Part shown: in pieces, positions 51,500-63,900 of the stretch
Layout: every line of letters starts with the position of its first letter
Position numbering within the stretch: position 1 is the stretch's first letter
NCBI RefSeq assembly: GCF_001194135.2
Contig: NC_068981.1
Span: 9,967,756-10,031,755 of the forward strand
DNA length: 64,000 nucleotides
Direction of reading: 5' to 3'
From: Octopus bimaculoides
Taxonomy: Eukaryota
Translations under genes and position numbers: made by a program
Notes under the pieces: model-generated
The model's database searches: none
Told to the model about the DNA's origin: nothing
The model's input: only the letters and a program-made list of their open reading frames with translations

Positions 51500-52830
51500 T
51501 GGTGTCGTGATATCCAACCGGTTTTCGCTATTTAAATTAGCTTTTCAAGGGACATTGTAAAGTAATCATTTCTTGTGACAAAGGAGTCTCGTCCTTTTGG
51601 ATACTTGAAAAGTAAAACTGAGTCTAGCGAGTGAACAAAGGGAGGCAACATGTAGAAAGGGGGGCAACTTATTCCTCAGTATAATTGTTGAAATAGGAAT
51701 GTGTAAGGATCAGGTGGTCAAGTTAGTATATTGAGCTGTGGTCTGTACTTTTATATGAACAGGTTTTCCTTGTTTAGGAGTTCTTGTCAGGAGATTGAAT
51801 TGTAGCATTGGTATTATGGAAATTAGGTGTTTTATTTCCTGCGCATCTGTCAATATGTTCGCTCAGGGCTATCTGCCTCTATTGATGAAAATCTGTTCTT
51901 TATGCAGCGTGACTCTGCGTCTCAAAGTATGGCTCATTTGGCTCATATAATTGTGGCAACAACCTGAGCAGTTTAGGACATAGATAAGGTTCTGGGAAGC
52001 ACATGTGAAGTTGGTCTTTTTCTCCTTGCTGGAATGTAAATTCCGATCCTTCAGTTGGGTGTGGGTATGGGCCACAATTAGCTCGCATGCATTTTTTAAC
52101 TGCTGGTATCGTATGTGCTGAGTATAGTTTTGCATTTGTTAGGAGTCTCTTGAGGGATTTGTGTTGTCTTTTGCACTTGAAAAGTTTAATGTGTATTTAG
52201 AATGTTGTTCATTTTCGGGTTTTGAGTGATCAGAGGGAGATTTTGTATAATTGTGTTGTATGCTTCATTATTTCTGGGGTTGTGGGTTGATATGTATGTA
52301 TGGGAGTGATTTAGAGTGAAGTGTAGTGTTTTGTTGTGTTGCCCTTAGTGTGTTTGTGTCCATTTTCGTGGCACGTTTAATTCCATGGTCTATAAGTGCG
52401 GGTGGGTATTGACGTTCAATGAGTGTTATTTTGAGATTTTGTCGGCAAAGTTCCCGAGTAGTTGTGTCAGATACAATTGTACAGATCCTTTTTGCTGGAT
52501 TGAATGGGATATTTATTTGGTGTGCATAGGATGGCATGAACTGAAAAGGAGATACTGTTTTGAATCTGTTGGTTTGTAGTAGATATCAGTTGCAATTTGG
52601 TTGTTGGATTTTTTAAAAATCAAAATCTCCAGAAATGGGAGCTGTTTCTTGCTATATTCCATTGTAAATTGAATATTGGAGTTCATATTGTTCAGTGTAG
52701 ATTTGAAATTCAGACGTTTATCATAGGTTTCATTCCAGATGATATAATACTTGTTTAGGTACCTTTTCCAGTTTTCTCTTATATATTGGTGGAATGGGGA
52801 TCCAAATGTTTGGAGCGAAAATTCATATAG
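51500..52830 (-). mobile_element. Penelope-like element: RT C-terminal half, GIY-YIG endonuclease, 3' pLTR; frameshifted
   Basis: RYLNKYYIIW (RYxDD), FTME..LPFLEI, TDIYYKPTD..YL..SCHP.HTK, NIPF...YPP, NLIYVLNCSGC.HNYM; 5' end cut by a family B SINE. Confidence 0.92.
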
Positions 52831-52960
52831 CCTAGTACTTATTCTATCGATCAATTTTGCCGAACCGCTAAGTTACGGAGACCTAAACACACCAGCATCG
52901 GTTGTCAATGGTGGGTGGACAAACACAGACATACACACATACGCACACACACACACATAC

Positions 52961-52992
<32 letters not shown>

Positions 52993-53055
52993 NNNNNNNN
53001 NNATGGTGGGTGGACAAACACAGACATACACACATACGCACACACACACACATAC

Positions 53056-53089
<34 letters not shown>

Positions 53090-53255
53090 CTGCGCGCACA
53101 CACGACAAGCGTCTTCCAGTTTCCGTCTACCAAATCCACTCACAAGGCTTTGGTCGGCCCGAGGCTATAGTAGAAGACACTTGGCCAAGGTGCCATGCAG
53201 TGGGACTGAACCCAGAATCATGTGGTTGGTAAGCAAGCTACTTACCACGCAGTCA
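52830..53255 (-). mobile_element. SINE family B (internal duplication across a 10-N gap)
   Basis: Head gagtgactgcgtggtaagtagcttgcttacc; ccaaatccactcacaaggctttggtcggcccgagg. Confidence 0.88.
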
Positions 53256-53569
53256 CTCATGTATGTACGTGTGTTACTTTGTATATGGGCTGATGGTTAA
53301 GTTGTTTGTTCTCCGCTCTGATAAATGTCGAAACCTAAGTGAAAAAGATGCATGAATAATGGCACAATGGCAGCTATAATTACTGTTCTTTCGTCTCTTT
53401 TGTGCACCATATCTTTTCATTTCTTTAAATTGAATTCTATTCGGTAATATTTTTGTATGTATGTAGTGATGCAGTTAGATACATTTATACCTTATTTTTT
53501 CTCGGTACCATAAATACTCCTATTTTCCGTTCAGCTTTCGCTGTTGTGTTTTCGGGGTTTTTTTTCTCT

Positions 53570-53760
53570 GTACAGCACAAGATTTTGAATTGTAGTAATT
53601 ATGCATATTTTCATCATGGCGGTTATGTGATCTTCCATTAGCCTTTTAGCAGTGCTTGTAGAGATCCTGATTCATATTGACTGACCATAGAAAACTTCCA
53701 TCAGTCCTTTCAGCGTCTACATAATCTTATGCAATTTTTTTTTGCTCAGCACATATCACA
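53570..53760 (-). mobile_element. Dong/R4-type LINE fragment, decayed
   Basis: FYGQ..N.DLYK..LLKG..IQNLVL resembles the LHGQ...WL.KG...AIQDQ.L motif. Confidence 0.4.
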
Positions 53761-54165
53761 TTTCGTATTCTACATTTGTTGCCGTTTTATCTCTCTGCCT
53801 CACTACATGCAAAGGGTGCCGATTTCTTTTCTTCTTTGAAAACTAGCCTAGTTTTGAAGTGGGTTTTTTTAGCGTTTTTAACTACTTAAGCACGTATGTA
53901 TAAATTCGATTTCCCACCATAACTATAGTGATGTAATGACAGTTAATGAAGAAGAGAGAGAAAGAGAGAAAGAGAGAAAGAGAGAAAGGGGGAGAGACAG
54001 CAAGAGAGAAAGAGAGAAAGGGGGAGAGACAGCAAGAGAAAGAAACAGGAAGAAAGAGAGAGACAGGCATCAAGAGAGGTAGAGATTTCACCAGAGAGAA
54101 AAAGCAAGCGAGAGAAGCCAGTAATGAAAGAGAAAGTACAAGAATCTATGTCCATCTGTGCGCAT

Positions 54166-54636
54166 AGGAGGCCTGAACTAAAAGAATCGGGTCTGGTGCT
54201 ATAAAAAGAAAACCACCACAGAGGTAGTTGGCATTTAATCCGCTTCGAAGTAGATCCTTTCTGAAGCCACACACTTTGTCCACCATGGCTTCCATTCATG
54301 GAAGTATTCCTGAAATTCCTTTCTTGGAATAGCTAGCAACTGCCTCAACGTATTCTCTTGGATTTTCTCGACGTCTTGAAATCTTGTTGGGGCCATCCAC
54401 TGCAAAGACTGAGCCTTAGTTTTAAGGGTCACAGCCAAAGGCCCGTGGTTCTTCTCCTGTCATAACCGTTTTGAAAATGTGTTCGTCTTCCTCGACATAA
54501 TCAAGGAGCGAGAACATGATAACTTAGTGTGCATGCGTGACAGAATTTAAGGCCAATCTCTGCCAAATGGCTTCACTCTGCATCCTTTAGCTCCGTCACC
54601 TTAGCAACGGTCCCGATACTTTTTGATCAGACCTCG
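54166..54636 (-). mobile_element. Internally deleted mariner (471 bp)
   Basis: 25-bp TIRs 20/25 identical, TA on both sides; VMTGEE..FGCDP/TKAQSLQW joined to RFQDVEKIQENTLRQLLAIP..KCVAS..YFEAD. Confidence 0.9.
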
Positions 54637-55339
54637 TATTAGTCTTTAGTAAACAACCAAAACTGTTGTGCATAGATGTCATCTTTAACTTTGTATGCCT
54701 CTATAAATCAATTTGTGAAGAATTGCCAATCATTTAATATGTATCATTGTATATGCAAATATTTTTACGCTGATGATTGGTAAGGAAATGCTTTCGAAAG
54801 TTATTTGTCTCTGATAGGATATATGACGATGATGTCTTCAAATGACGCCTTTGTGAAAAAAAAAAACGAGTAAGAAACTCATAAAAATCTATCTAACTCT
54901 CTTTGAGTATGTGTGTGTATGCGTGCGTGCGTATTGTGCACTATGATTTTTCGAGCTTTGTATCTGTATTGTATAGACTGTATAGAGTGTGGAATACTTT
55001 TTTATAATTAAATACTACGCCATAAAACCCATTCTGCAGTTTTACACTAGGTTAAATTGAAGATTTAGTTAAGCGTCACATGATAAAAATCGTCAGGAGG
55101 AAATTTGAAGTTGTGTCTGCTAGTATAATTAAATCAAAAAATCTGTTTTTGACTGGTACTGGCGTTTTGCGCAGTAAGATTAGATGTATTTCTGACTGGC
55201 ATAATCTTGCTCTATTTTGTCGATTTCTTTTCCTTTTTTTTTTGCGTGTGTGTGTGTTCTCTCTATCAGTATTCACTGCGTCATTATCTTAGTGCCGTTT
55301 TCTATTATTTTTTTTTTGTTTTTTTTTTCGCTAAATATG

Positions 55340-55790
55340 CTTTCAGAGCGATCTTCTAATTTCTTTGGATTATTGCTTGAAAGAGAAGATATGACGGTAG
55401 ATACTTCTCTTAAACGTGTCTTCTATATCGCCTATGTAGGACCTTATTATATTGGCCTAAGTGGTTTTTGCTTCATAAATGATTCTTTTTGAGCAACTTT
55501 GATCTAGAAGCCACCATTGGTATTTTACGATCTATCGCCTTTTTCTGGCGTTTGACATGTTATCAGTAGTTTAGTATTGTGTAACTTTCTTTCTTGTAAT
55601 AATATCAGGTTAATATGCATTATAATAGCACTTCACGTTGTTTCTGTACGAATTCTTTTCAAAACGCAAAATTTGGATTCTTTTCCAAAGTGTTTACTGA
55701 TTACAGAAAGTGAATTTGGAGCTGATTTTCTACACAAGTCTTACCGTTCATATCGATCGGTGGAAATAAGCAGATTCAGAATAACTATTT
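55340..55790 (-). mobile_element. Penelope-like GIY-YIG fragment (second lineage)
   Basis: ISKHFGK..., IIYEAKT, YIGDIEDTFKRSIYRHISSF. Confidence 0.7.
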
Positions 55791-56279
55791 TCTGATTTTA
55801 AGTGTTTGTTATTTCTGGCCGTTATTGTGAGTGGGTATATTATCGTGTTTAGTCAGCCTGGAGATATAGTAGAAACACTTGCCCAAGATGCTGCACAGTG
55901 AGACTGATCCCAAGATCACATGGTTGGAAAGCAAGCCTCTTTATCACACAGCCATAGCTACGCCTACTGCAGCTCAATAGGGACAAAATTAAAAGGCTTT
56001 AAAATTACCTTAAAGATGTTCTTTGATCAATTAAATACCGCAATAAAGTTATACATTACAGATAATCAAATAGCCAGGGATCACCAAAAGACTGAACATA
56101 ATTATTTCTAACTGATTAACGGTGTTAATTCAGCTTTCTTAATGACTCTTTTTACACGATTAGAGAACCACATTTTTATTGAGGCTTACGTCTTGATGCT
56201 GGTAGTTAATAATTCGCTCTAAGTTAATTCGCTGTAAGCTTTGGCGTAAGGCCAGAAATTTTGAAAGGAGAAGTCGAAT

Positions 56280-56440
56280 TCCATTAATCTCAGCGTTCAT
56301 TTGGTACTTATTTCCCCCACCCCGAAAGGATGAAAAGCAAAGACAGCTTCTACGGCATTTGAACTCCGAACGTAAAACCGGAAGAAATGCTGCTAAGCAA
56401 TTTTTCCGACGTTGTAACGATTCGACCACCTCGCCGTCTT
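56280..56440 (-). mobile_element. SINE family C
   Basis: ggtacttattt..cccgaaaggatgaaaagcaaag..gaactccgaacgtaaa. Confidence 0.7.
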
Positions 56441-56500
56441 TACTGGCAACGAATAATAAAATATTTTCTGAAGTAGGTTCTTTCGCCATGTACATTTCTA

Positions 56501-56724
56501 CGAAAGGGTGCTGAAAAGTTCCTGGCTTTAAGGGTATCGCGAAAAGCCTCGGAAGGTTGGAGGTCCAACCTTCCGAGTTCTTTTACAAGATTGAGAAAAA
56601 TTGAAGGACCGCTGAAATAAGTGTGTGAGTCTGAGAGAGGAAAATGTTGAATAAAATCATAATTAACTGAACCTCCTGTATTTTCATTTACCCAAAGTCA
56701 GGAACTTTTCAGCAATCCTTCGCA
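56501..56724 (+). mobile_element. Mariner-derived MITE (224 bp)
   Basis: TIRs cgaaagggtgctgaaaagttcctggcttt / aaagtcaggaacttttcagcaatccttcgc, TA flanks; keeps a remnant of the transposase C-terminus (NKCV.L). Confidence 0.85.
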
Positions 56725-56832
56725 TAAGAGGAGGAAAAATTTCACGATATTACATCACGCTGTAAAATTTTCACATCAGTTCTGTCTGTAATTTATCAAT
56801 GACGCAGTAAGCTTTTGAAATATATTTACAGA

Positions 56833-57495
56833 NNNNNNNNNNNNNNNNNNNNNNNNNNNNNNNNNNNNNNNNNNNNNNNNNNNNNNNNNNNNNNNNNNNN
56901 NNNNNNNNNNNNNNNNNNNNNNNNNNNNNNNNNNNNNNNNNNNNNNNNNNNNNNNNNNNNNNNNNNNNNNNNNNNNNNNNNNNNNNNNNNNNNNNNNNNN
57001 NNNNNNNNNNNNNNNNNNNNNNNNNNNNNNNNNNNNNNNNNNNNNNNNNNNNNNNNNNNNNNNNNNNNNNNNNNNNNNNNNNNNNNNNNNNNNNNNNNNN
57101 NNNNNNNNNNNNNNNNNNNNNNNNNNNNNNNNNNNNNNNNNNNNNNNNNNNNNNNNNNNNNNNNNNNNNNNNNNNNNNNNNNNNNNNNNNNNNNNNNNNN
57201 NNNNNNNNNNNNNNNNNNNNNNNNNNNNNNNNNNNNNNNNNNNNNNNNNNNNNNNNNNNNNNNNNNNNNNNNNNNNNNNNNNNNNNNNNNNNNNNNNNNN
57301 NNNNNNNNNNNNNNNNNNNNNNNNNNNNNNNNNNNNNNNNNNNNNNNNNNNNNNNNNNNNNNNNNNNNNNNNNNNNNNNNNNNNNNNNNNNNNNNNNNNN
57401 NNNNNNNNNNNNNNNNNNNNNNNNNNNNNNNNNNNNNNNNNNNNNNNNNNNNNNNNNNNNNNNNNNNNNNNNNNNNNNNNNNNNNNNNNNNNNNN
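56833..57495. other. Assembly gap (N run)
   Basis: N bases seen directly. Confidence 1.
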
Positions 57496-57794
57496 ATAAT
57501 TTCATTCGGATGCTAAGCCTGGGGTTTATTAAACTCGTCCACGGGTACAGACTATCAGAGAGACGGTAATCCAGATGTTGTTTGTTTTATCAAACACATG
57601 CCTGAGAATCCAGAGATTCCACGATTACAAATAAGCAGGGAGATGGAGTAAGCAAAATATAGTAATATTCATAAGGCGCAGGCGTGGCTGTGTGGTAAGA
57701 AGCTTGTTTCTCAACCAAATGTTTCCAGGTTCAGTTCCACTGCGCGGCACCTTGAGCAAGTGTTTTCTACTATAGCCCCGGACCGACCAAAGCC

Positions 57795-58164
57795 TTGTTG
57801 TTGTTGTTGGTACTCCGTCGCTTACGACGTCGAGGGTTCCAGTTGATCCGATCAACGGAACAACCTGCTCGTGAAATTAACGTGCAAGTGGCTGAGCACT
57901 CCACAGACACGTGTACCATTAACGTTGTTCTCGGGAATATTCAGCGTGACACAGTGTGACAATACTGACCCTTTGAATTACAGGTATAACAGAAACAGGA
58001 AGTAAGAGAAAGTTGTGGTGAAAGAGTACAGCAGGGTTCGCCACCATCCCCTGCCGGAGCCTCGTGGAGCTTTAGGTGTTTTCGCTCAATAAACACTCAC
58101 AACGCTCAGTCTGGGAATCGAAACTGCGATCCTATGACTGAGTCCGCTGCCCTAACCACTGGGC
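57795..58164 (-). mobile_element. SINE family A inserted into a family B copy (B head 57675-57795)
   Basis: (ttg)n tail abuts the B-type ccgaccaaagcc; body nearly identical to 19057-19435; 5' end lost in gap. Confidence 0.9.
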
Positions 58165-58386
58165 NNNNNNNNNNNNNNNNNNNNNNNNNNNNNNNNNNNN
58201 NNNNNNNNNNNNNNNNNNNNNNNNNNNNNNNNNNNNNNNNNNNNNNNNNNNNNNNNNNNNNNNNNNNNNNNNNNNNNNNNNNNNNNNNNNNNNNNNNNNN
58301 NNNNNNNNNNNNNNNNNNNNNNNNNNNNNNNNNNNNNNNNNNNNNNNNNNNNNNNNNNNNNNNNNNNNNNNNNNNNNNNNNNNNNN

Positions 58387-58427
<41 letters not shown>

Positions 58428-59199
58428 TTTGTCCCCCTCACCCACCGCCACCGCTTTATTGCCTTTCTGCAGCATGTCCATATTTCTTGTTTGTATTACA
58501 ACCGCGATATCATTGATCATTTAAGCTATTCCACATAACTCTACGCGATATACATGTTCTTCTCCCTACAAATCACTGTATGTGAAAATATTCACCGGGT
58601 AAAAGAATATGTTTCGGACATTTCGTAACGGTAGCATTAAATATTTTCTCCTTACGTTGCTGTTAAATTTCTTCTTAACTGTACTGATCTAGAATAAATA
58701 ATTTCGAAGTATCTGACAAGTTTCCTGCTTAAAACTAGACAATAATGAAATATATAGTTTGCATACATGCTTAACTTGATTCTATCGTATGAAAGCAATT
58801 TCCTCCGAGTTACTCAGCTGCACTACTTTACTGCGGATATTGAATATATCTGCTGAAAAATCACTATTTAAGATGGCAGCTGAAATAGGAGCCGAGAGAA
58901 TTGAAACTCACACAGATATTTTGCGTTTTCACAACATTCTGAATTCACCAAAGGACAGGTGTTGATTGTTTAGTTTACAACTCGACTCTATATTCTTTAT
59001 TTGGAGCTATTTCTTTTCTCTTCATAACGCTGTTGAGGTCCTCGAACGCCTCATCTTACAATCGATGTTCCCCTAAAGTACATCTTACTTCGCAATCTAT
59101 AAGTTTCATATCTGAGGGATGCTTGTCTGGTGTGCAAGAAGGAAATGCATCGTAAATTCTCGTGGAGACGAGTGTTTACCCTTTTCACCCCCTTTTTTC

Positions 59200-59548
59200 T
59201 GTATAGTAAGAAGGTTGCTTCCCAACTTCATGTTTCTGGGTTCAGTCCCTCAGCATGGCACCTTCGGTAGGTTTCCTCTGTTATAGCCTCGGGCTAACTA
59301 AAGCCTTTATGAGTTCATTTTGTGTGTGTGTGTGTGTGTGTTTGTCCCCCACCACCTCTTGACAATAAATGTTGGCATGCACATATCCCCGTACCCTAGC
59401 AGTTCGACAAAAGGGGACGATAGAATAAGTACCACACTTAATAAACCAAATGTACTGGGGTCGATTCAGTCGACTAAAAATATTCTTCGAGGCGATGCTC
59501 CAGCATGGCTGCAATGTAACGATTGAAACAAGTAAAAAATAAAAGATA
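59200..59548 (+). mobile_element. SINE family B
   Basis: gtaagaaggttgcttcccaac head; gctccagcatggctgca..gaaacaagtaaaaaataaaag tail. Confidence 0.8.
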
Positions 59549-60254
59549 CAAAATAAACTTCATTTACTTCATTCCTGTCAGCAACAGCAGCTCTTACAAA
59601 TGTTATGAACGCTACAGCTTCTAAAATACTCTGACCCCATCTTTGTTCAAGAAACATTCATTGTCAGTTGAGTAAATGAATATCTTACCAAGCAAGAAAC
59701 ATTTTTTTTTCTATCTGATATGTGATTGTTGCTCTGTGTTCAAATCCTATTATCGTCGACTTTGATTTGTTGTTTGTTTTATAACTGTTGGATTGAAAAA
59801 AGAATTGGCTAAGTCGTCAGTCAAACGAAATGATTATTTGTTATTTCACTATGTTTATATTAAATTGCAAATTTTTGTCATAAAGCAAACACGATGCTTA
59901 ATCTCATCGATGACTCTATGTCGATATACAAAGTCTTGTAAGTTAAATGTTTTAATCTAAACGTACAATAAATATCGAAAACGCATTTTGAGGAAATTAA
60001 ATTCTTATAACGTTTTTAGTGTTTTTGTGTTATAATTTAAATACTGTGGACATCTTATCTTCTCTTTCTTGTCTTACTTCAGTTTTCTTATTTCAGTTTG
60101 CTTTCTCGTTTCATCGTTTTTGTCTATCATTCTCTTAGTTTATACTCTCAATGATATCTCTTGTCATCTTCCACTAACTGTCACTTTGTCTCAGTCCACC
60201 CGCATTTCTTTCATCTTCTACTATCTGCCATTTTCATTGTTGTTTTCAGTCGTG

Positions 60255-60470
60255 TTTGTTTGTTAGTCTATGGACGAGAAATCTCAAGAACGGCTGGATG
60301 GATTCGAATGAAACTTTCAGGGATGTTTGGCTTCGTGACTGGCACGAACGGATTAGAGTTTGGTATCGATCCAGTACCGGACAAAGATCTTGGATTATTT
60401 TTCCGGTTCATTTTTAGTTTTCTCGTTAGATATTACTTAGTCACCTAAGTTCCACGTCATAGTTTGATAT
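60255..60470. mobile_element. Possible non-autonomous Helitron/Helentron-type fragment
   Basis: gtttgtttgtt..ggatggattcgaatgaaactttcaggg..ggattagagtttggtatcgatcc pattern typical of such elements; classification from memory. Confidence 0.35.
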
Positions 60471-60649
60471 CTATTTGTTTATATGGATGTAAGTAGTTAT
60501 AGGATATGCATAAAAAATCATTGTAAAGGACAGTTTTATAAATTCCAGCTTTAATAATTGTTCATCGTACCAAGTTTTTTGTTATTGAACGTTCTATTGA
60601 AAAGTTCTCTGGTGATAATATTTATAGCACGCGAGAACAATAATCTTCT

Positions 60650-60840
60650 TCCCTACTCTAGGCGCAAGGCCCGAACTTTTCAGAGAGTTAGGGGGAAATC
60701 GATTAGATCAACCCCAGTACGAAAGGAGGAAAGGCAAAGTCAATCTCGGTGGAATTTGAACTCAGAACATGAAGACAGAGGAAATACTGCTTAGCATTTC
60801 GCCCGGCGTGCTAACGTTTCGGCCAGCTCACCGCCTCGCA
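60650..60840 (-). mobile_element. SINE family C
   Basis: gcgtgctaacgtttcggccagctcaccgcc. Confidence 0.8.
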
Positions 60841-61519
60841 GGGACAATAACATGAAAGTCGCCGTTTTCTTATCACTTAACCGAAGGTTCCTAGAATGTT
60901 TCTAACTGGTTAAAGAAAGACTTCAAGGAAATATATTGTTTTCTTTACAGAATTAATCCACATCATATTCCCTTCTAAAACTGTGAATTACCGATTAAGG
61001 ATTAGTAACATATGTGCACACACATGCGCGCCCACAAGCATCTGTGTGTGTGTGCGTGTGTGTTTGAAGAGAGGAATAAAAAAAAATTATAAGCCGAAAG
61101 GCTGCAAACATAAAAGCGGTCTACTTAAGACATATGTAAGAATGGAAACCGTTCATACAGAAGAGTATATCCTCTTACAATGCTGCTATTCAATAGTTTG
61201 CCTTTACCGGAAATTGCAAATGGTTCAGATACATTTCTGCCGGGATCAAATCTTAACAACTGTGTCGATTTTGTCTCCCAAAGCTTTCATACGATATAGT
61301 CAAATCGATGTGAGGCAATATTACTGACATCGTTTTGTTTTGATGTGAATCTTTAAGAGGTTTTTTCCCTGAAATATGCAGGAAACACAATATTGATGAA
61401 GTAGACATGTTGAGTTTTTATTTGTGCAATATATGATAGTTGAATACAGAATTACATGTACACACATACCCATGCATTCACATACGTATATTCTTTCTAA
61501 TACATGCACAAAGCCTGAA

Positions 61520-61705
61520 ATTTTGGGGTTGCGTATACTGGATTACATCAACCTCAGTAATGGACTGGTACTTATTTTATCAACCCTCGAAACGGTGAAC
61601 CGCAAAGTCGACTTCGGTGGAGTTTGAACTCATAACGTAAAACCAGAATAATGACCTCGAAGCATTTATCTCAACGAGCTAACGTTTCTGCCTGTTCCCC
61701 GCCTT
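61520..61705 (-). mobile_element. SINE family C
   Basis: ggtacttattttatcaaccc..aaagtcgacttcggtggagtttgaac. Confidence 0.75.
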
Positions 61706-62419
61706 AAACGAATACGTATATTGGTAGGTGTATCAGTTTAAGCGTTCGTTGACTCTAAGTTTTTCATACTCTCACATATTGAACTAATTTATATCACAAT
61801 AGCATTTGGGGGTACAGGTTTCAAAAGGATTAATCAGCGGTTCGTTGAGAGAGGAATAAAGGAATACATATAACTCGGTGCTGAATATATATTCTCAAAG
61901 GTAGTTAGAAAAGCACAGGATATTCGGTTTTATTATCCATATTCTCTCTCTCTCTCTCTTCCTCTTTCTCTACCTCTCTCTCTCGCTATATATACACACA
62001 CACACACACGCACACACACACACACACACAGATATCTCGTTCGCCGATCTGCTTCGACGAAATATTTTCATATACACGCATAGAGGCATACACAAACACG
62101 CATACAGATATACGCTTATACATAGTACGTTTGTGTCAGTGTATTACGTGTGGGGGGAGAGGGGGAGAATCTGCGTGCGCAGATTTATTCCATAATCCTC
62201 AACAAATACCTCTGTTTCGTTGGTCCCATCCCACTCTTCAAAGGATTATCAATTTTAGTATTAACTGGATAAAGAACACTGAAAATTCCTTTGGACGCTA
62301 GAAAAGCTTAATGTCGGGATTACTGAATAAAAGCTGCACACTCGGTCGTACTTTTCGTCCATAGGAACTTGTTCTTGCTTGGAGTAATAATCATCGTCTA
62401 TCTCTCAATTATACTTTCA

Positions 62420-62722
62420 CACAGAGAACGCACTCGGTCGGTTACGACGACGAGTGTTCCAGTTGCTCTGAGCAACGGAACAACTTGTTCGTGAAATTAA
62501 CTTCAGAGACGCGTACACTTAACGTAGTTCTCGGGGAGATTCGGGGAGACGCAGAGTGTGACAAGAAATACAGATACCACTCATTTTTGTCATCTGAATT
62601 CACTGGAGCAACGTGAAATAAAGTGTCTGGCTAAAATGGACACAACTTGCCGCCGTAATCGAACTCACGACCTTGCGATAACGAGCCGAATACCCTAACC
62701 ACAAGGCCACGCGTTTTCACAC
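62420..62722 (-). mobile_element. SINE family A, diverged
   Basis: cactcggtcggttacgacgacg tail; gccgaataccctaaccacaaggccacgcg head. Confidence 0.75.
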
Positions 62723-63199
62723 TTACATGCGTGAGCTCGCGCGTGCGCGACACACACACATATCATCGCTATTATGTTAAACTGGCGTATGTCCAAATGC
62801 ATTTTCTTTTTCAATATTTATTTTTGCTTGCTGTAGCTGGTTCTTTTGGTCAAACTATCGTATCTTCAGCTGCTTCAGATGCCAAGATATCAAAAAATTG
62901 TCAAAGTGTAGTATAAAGGTTTTGCTATGGAATGGTGAAACTATTCTTTCCTTTTTGAAAAAGCAACGTTTTGGACTTACGACAATTTTGAATAATAGCA
63001 ACGATATATATTTTAATATAACTCAGTCGCCCGTTACTGTATGTACTACTTTTTGACTAATGGGTTACGACGCTACCATTTTAATTGGCTAGATACAACC
63101 ATGAGAACTCATCCGTAGTTACTCGATCTCCCATAAAAAGCAGTCAAATCTTTCTCAGATCATAACAAAACATATTGATAATTATTTCTTTATTGCCAA

Positions 63200-63415
63200 C
63201 AAGGGGCTAAACATAGAGGGGACAAACAAGGACCGACAAAGGGATTAAGTCGATTACATCGACCCCAGTGCATGAAGAGTACTTATTTGATCGACCCTGA
63301 AAGACTGAAAGGCAAATTCCACCTCGGTGGAATTCGATCTCTGAACGTAGCAGGAGACGAAATACCCCTAAGCATTTCGTCCGGCATACTAACGGTTCTG
63401 CCAGCTCGCCGCCTT
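63200..63415 (-). mobile_element. SINE family C variant
   Basis: gtcgattacatcgaccccagtg..ggttctgccagctcgccgcc. Confidence 0.85.
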
Positions 63416-63719
63416 CAAACCATCTTAATAAGGAAAAGCACATTGGATAAGGTTCTTATGCTATGCCTGAAAACAAAATCAAAATAATAATAAAAGATGT
63501 TGGTTAGAGATGGTATGCTTTTGATGAGGGATTCTCTGGGATTAACAAACCAACAACTATCTCGTTTAGTCCTAGCAACAAGGAAGCCCCTACGTGATCA
63601 ATCGCTGTGTTAGAAATAGCAACTGAATCCCCCTAAGCAGTATTTACCATTTTTTTAAAAAGTGGAATATGTTGGATAATATTGTCCTAGATATATTATG
63701 ACAACGAAAAAGAAAATAG

Positions 63720-63784
63720 ATGGATAGGAAGACAGACAGACATGGTTAGATAGATAGACGGACGGATAGATGGATAAACAGATG

Positions 63785-63833
<49 letters not shown>

Positions 63834-63900
63834 GTAGACAGATGGATGGATGGATGGATGGATGGATGGATACGTAGACAGACAGACAGACAGATAGATA
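63720..63900. repeat. Compound (GATA)n/(GATG)n/(GACA)n microsatellite
   Basis: Direct reading. Confidence 0.95.

Noticed and set aside
52907-53089. ~85-bp tandem duplication inside a SINE
   Set aside because: Copies flank a 10-N gap, so it is an assembly artefact
59582-59640. Strong acceptors followed by short phase-1 terminal ORFs (also at 62837 and 35127)
   Set aside because: Short, unrecognised peptides; pyrimidine-rich AGs are common in this DNA; no independent support
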